A stretch of DNA of 64,000 nucleotides, from the NCBI GenBank assembly GCA_963815195.1, contig CAWFGE010000007.1, positions 307,051-371,050 on the forward strand, in the 5' to 3' direction. The position numbers and the translations under genes are program-made. Shown piece by piece: positions 60,793-64,000 of the stretch. This DNA comes from an uncultured Planctomycetaceae bacterium. GTDB lineage: Bacteria; Planctomycetota; Planctomycetia; Planctomycetales; Planctomycetaceae. Each line of letters begins with the position of its first letter. Positions within the stretch are counted from its first letter, which is position 1. Below the pieces are notes generated by a model, which saw only the letters and a list, made by a program, of their open reading frames with translations, did not search any database and had not been told where the DNA came from.

Positions 60793-61566
60793 TCACTTTT
60801 TCGCTTCCAATTGTGCCTCCGCGACGAGGCGTTGCGCGGAGCGGAGTTGTTCGCGGGTGAAGCAGAGGACGACCACGCCGCCGCGGTCTTCGGTTTTGGC
60901 GGCGAGGCTTTGCCACGACAGCCCATTCGCCAGATGCCACACCGCCGCCTGAAATGCCAGCGGGTCCATGGCCTTCGGATCGTAAGCCTCGACGATTTTT
61001 CGCAGCGTTTTGTTTTCGATCTGGTCTTCGAGCGGTTTGAGCTGATAAGTCATCCGGGAAAACGGGCTGGGTTTGCCGTGCTCGGCACAGGCGGAATGCA
61101 AGAGGATCATCACGGACTGATGGGCCGGAATCGTAAAGGCACTGCCGGATTTCGATTCGTGCGGAAATGGTTTGGCGGGATCGTCCATCGGCCCGAAGGA
61201 TCCCACAACCGCTTGTCCGGCCCCTTTTTTTGGCGTCTCGGTCTGGGTCGCATCGTCCGGTGCGCGGACGCGCGAGGCGCCATCGTTTTGGGGCTTGGGA
61301 ACGACGTGCACCGCGGCGACCGCTTTGGGAATCCGCACCGTCAACGGGTCGCCGGTGAGATTTTCAATCCGCACGCGCGAGCGAAATTCATTCTGCGGAA
61401 TGACGCGCACCCGCAGCTTGCCCCGGGCCTCTTGGCTTAACAAATCCACGGCCGCGGCCTTGGGATCATACGTCAATTTGCGGATGGGCTTAAACACCTC
61501 CGCCGGCAGATTCGCCGTCCCGTGAAAGGCGATCAACCCAACCAACATCACCAGTTCACGTCGCAT
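60793..61566 (-). CDS. Secreted hypothetical protein
   Basis: Signal-like N-terminus; SACAEHGKP, FQAAVWHLANG conserved-looking motifs. Confidence 0.7.
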   Translation of the reverse strand: MRRELVMLVGLIAFHGTANLPAEVFKPIRKLTYDPKAAAVDLLSQEARGKLRVRVIPQNEFRSRVRIENLTGDPLTVRIPKAVAAVHVVPKPQNDGASRVRAPDDATQTETPKKGAGQAVVGSFGPMDDPAKPFPHESKSGSAFTIPAHQSVMILLHSACAEHGKPSPFSRMTYQLKPLEDQIENKTLRKIVEAYDPKAMDPLAFQAAVWHLANGLSWQSLAAKTEDRGGVVVLCFTREQLRSAQRLVAEAQLEAKK

Positions 61567-61710
61567 CGGTTTTCCTTCCATATATCTCGGCCGGCCCAGC
61601 CTTCGCGCTTGTTGCGCCTCATCGAGAGGGATTTCGGCTGCCCTAATGATAACACGTCTCAGGTTCCGCGGAATCGTCGGATCGCGCAATTCTTCGGAAG
61701 CGTAAATCGA

Positions 61711-61842
61711 CGGCGAGACACGATCAATTGTTGGACCTCAACAACAACCCAGTGGCGGAGGACACCACGAGCCGACAGGACACTTGCTTTCGGCTCTTCG
61801 CTGACTTGGCTTGCCGCGCGTTGCCGGGGCGGGTAAGTTTTA
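61711..61842 (+). ncRNA. Candidate structured RNA with GGA(C)-containing hairpins and a terminator-like stem
   Basis: Hairpins ttgttg/caacaa, gtgg/ccac, gagccga/tcggctc, each carrying GGAC; final stem gcttgccgc/gcgggtaagt + TTTA. Confidence 0.3.
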
Positions 61843-61900
61843 TGGAACCGTCGCCCGCCGATGTTTCCCGCCGACTTTCCTGCCCGATTGAGGTTGACCC

Positions 61901-63227
61901 GTGAAGCAAATACGCAGCGTGTTCGTCGCCGTTTGTTCGGTTTTCTTTGCGAGTCTGGTCTCGGCGGCGGATGAGTGGCCCCAGTTCCGCGGACCCGATG
62001 GCAACGGGCACAGCTCGGCGGCCGGACTGCCGCTCACTTGGAGCGAAACCGAAAACATCGCTTGGAAGACGCCCCTCCCCGGGGACGGGCACTCCTCGCC
62101 CGTGATTTCGGGCGATCAGATCTGGCTGACGACGGCCATCGTCCAACCGCTTTCCGACGAAGAGCAAAAACGCCGGCTGGCGAAAGTTTCCAATCCCCAA
62201 GGGCTCGAAATCGCGGGCGGCGTTTCGCTGCGGGCGATTTGCGTGGACGTTCGCACCGGCGAGATTCTGCGGAACATGGAACTCTTCCATGTCGACAACC
62301 CGGAGCCGATCCATTCGCTCAACAGCTACGCCTCGCCCACGCCGGTGATCGAAGACGGGCGGGTGTACCTCCATTTTGGAACCTACGGCACCGCCTGCGT
62401 GGACACGGAGTCCGGCCGGATCGTGTGGCAGGATACCTCGCTGCACGTCGATCATCAAAACGGCCCCGGGGCTTCGCCGATCCTCTGGAAGAACCTGCTG
62501 ATCGTGCAGTACGACGGCATCGATCGGCAGTTCGTCGCGGCCCGCGACAAGCGGACGGGCGATCTCGCGTGGAAGGCCGACCGCTCCGGCAAGCTGCCGC
62601 AGAAACGGGAGTTCCAAAAAGCCTACTGTACGCCGCAGGTCATCGAAGACGGCAGCCGCGTGCAGCTCGATTTCGCCGGGTTCGGATTGGGTGTATTCTT
62701 ACGATCCGGAAACCGGCAAGGAGCTTTGGCGGGCCAATTACGGGCAGTTGGGGTTTTCGACGGTGCCTCGCCCCGTGGTGGGGCACGGGATGGTTTACAT
62801 CATCACCAGCTTCATTCAGTCGCGGCTCTTGGCCGTCAAATACGATGGCAACGGCGATGTCACCGAGACCCACGTCGCGTGGAAGTCCGACCGGCAAGTG
62901 CCCCGGAAGCCCTCGGCTTTGTTGATCGGCGAGGAACTGTATCTCGTCAGCGACAACGGCGTCGGAACCTGCCTCGATGCCCACACGGGAAACGTGCATT
63001 GGACCCAGCGGCTGGGCGGGCAGTATTCCGCATCCCCCTTATCTGCCGACGGCCGGATTTACGCCTTCAGTCAGGAAGGCAAAACGCTGGTCTTTAAGCC
63101 CGGCACGAAGTACGAGCAGCTCGCCGAGAACCACCTGGACGCCGGCTTCATGGCCAGCCCCGCCGTCGCCGGCAAAGCGTTGTTTCTCCGAACCGAAACC
63201 CACCTGTACCGCGTGGAAGCGAAGTAA
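61901..63227 (+). CDS. PQQ-binding-like beta-propeller protein, frameshifted at ~62667
   Basis: Signal peptide; WPQFRGP, WSETENIAWKT, GHSSPV, ASPTPV; one-base removal gives QLISPGSDWVYSYDPETGKELW. Confidence 0.88.
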
Positions 63228-63245
63228 CTCAAACTGTAAGCGTTT

Positions 63246-63387
63246 GGGTGGCTGGGGCGTAAATTCCCCTTGGAGTAAGGCTCGAACTGTGAATGCTGGG
63301 GCTACGGCCGGGCGAGAAAAATCTCACACGGCCCCAGGCCTCAAATCTGCTTTTTCCTTCCAACATTCCTTTGCGCCCTAGCCACCC
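63246..63387. mobile_element. 142-bp MITE/REPIN-like element, copy 2
   Basis: gggtggctggggcgtaaattcccct ... tctcacacggccccag ... ttgcgccctagccaccc; homologous to 44120-44262. Confidence 0.6.
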
Positions 63388-63423
63388 CCTGCACTTTCGA
63401 CTTACAGTTTGAGGAAGTAAGAA

Positions 63424-63558
63424 AGTCGCCCATCGTTGTCCCAGGAATTGAAAGCGGATTCTTCTTCGCGCTACGATCGCGAAGCGATGGGCGACTGGCC
63501 GCCTCTCCTCCTCTGAAACATGTTGGGTGGCACCCATGGGTGCCACCCATGCCACCCC
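63424..63558. repeat. Inverted-repeat cluster including a 26-bp perfect palindrome
   Basis: agtcgcccatcg (63424-63435) / cgatgggcgact (63485-63496); tgggtggcacccatgggtgccaccca at 63524-63549. Confidence 0.75.
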
Positions 63559-63639
63559 GCCGCAGAATCCAGAGATCAGATTTCTTGATCGTCGCTTGCA
63601 GTTGTAAAAGCCAATCAGTCCCTGGAACCCCCAGTTCAA

Positions 63640-64000
63640 TCAATATGTAAGCGGGAGGGAGCCCCGCTCGCGTTGGGCAAAATAGCAGTTCTCCGCTCCT
63701 TCTGGTTTTGTATTGTTGGATACACGTTTTCGCGGGGGTCTGAGGTCGGGAAGATCCTCTGGGAACCCCATGAATTTTCTGATATAAATCAGGGTTCGCC
63801 GTGGACAAAGTGGCGAGATTCCGCATCCAACGAGAACGCTGTCGGACGTTGCTTTTGCTGTTGAGCCGCAAGACCTCACACAATTTGATTCCGTGATTGT
63901 TGAGGGCCTCGATCCTCCCATCGTCTTGAATTCGTAGGCAATCGGCAAAGGCAACTGCGCATGGATCGGGAAGATCGATAATGTCTTGCTTCGCAAGGTT
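63640..64000 (-). CDS. C-terminal part of a probable HNH-type endonuclease (runs off the window; frameshift at ~63776)
   Basis: Frame from 64000 reads NLAKQDIIDLPDPCAVAFADCLRIQDDGRIEAL...VLRLN; removing one base continues into MGFPEDLPDLRPP...YFAQRERGSLPLTY*; lower GC. Confidence 0.55.
   Translation of the reverse strand, partial: TLRSKTLSIFPIHAQLPLPIAYEFKTMGGSRPSTITESNCVRSCGSTAKATSDSVLVGCGISPLCPRRTLIYIRKFMGFPEDLPDLRPPRKRVSNNTKPEGAENCYFAQRERGSLPLTY

Noticed and set aside
63229..63639. ORFs 63229-63639 and the distal part of 63341-63883 as real genes, or a group II intron
   Set aside because: The region consists of REP-like palindromes; no domain V consensus or RT motifs seen

Overview
High-GC bacterial chromosomal segment with Planctomycete hallmarks: a PSCyt1/DUF1549/DUF1553 cytochrome protein, a sulfatase, PQQ-type beta-propellers, Hanks kinases and a Planctomycete-type integrase N-terminus. 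It holds about 43 protein genes and one tRNA-Pro(TGG). Housekeeping genes include panB, ettA, pyrK, dgkA, sppA, a cyclophilin and a Cu+ P1B-ATPase. Seven genes are split by single-site frameshifts that look like long-read indel errors. The most notable items are: (1) a hybrid kinase / REC / adenylate cyclase operon whose cyclase carries a tandem DHp-like module, with a cNMP-gated Ser/Thr kinase, a tail-anchored double pseudokinase and a double-FHA protein elsewhere in the window; (2) an archaeal-type XPB helicase + DUF790 (Bax1) nuclease pair; (3) at least five families of REP-like palindromes, including one-arm tandem amplifications and a 143-bp structured element flanked by a duplicated gene 3' end; (4) candidate non-coding RNAs at about 3.3, 29.3 and 61.7 kb; (5) an integrase remnant at the tRNA 3' end and a partial HNH-like gene at the right edge. 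All family assignments come from motif recognition by eye; no database searches were run.
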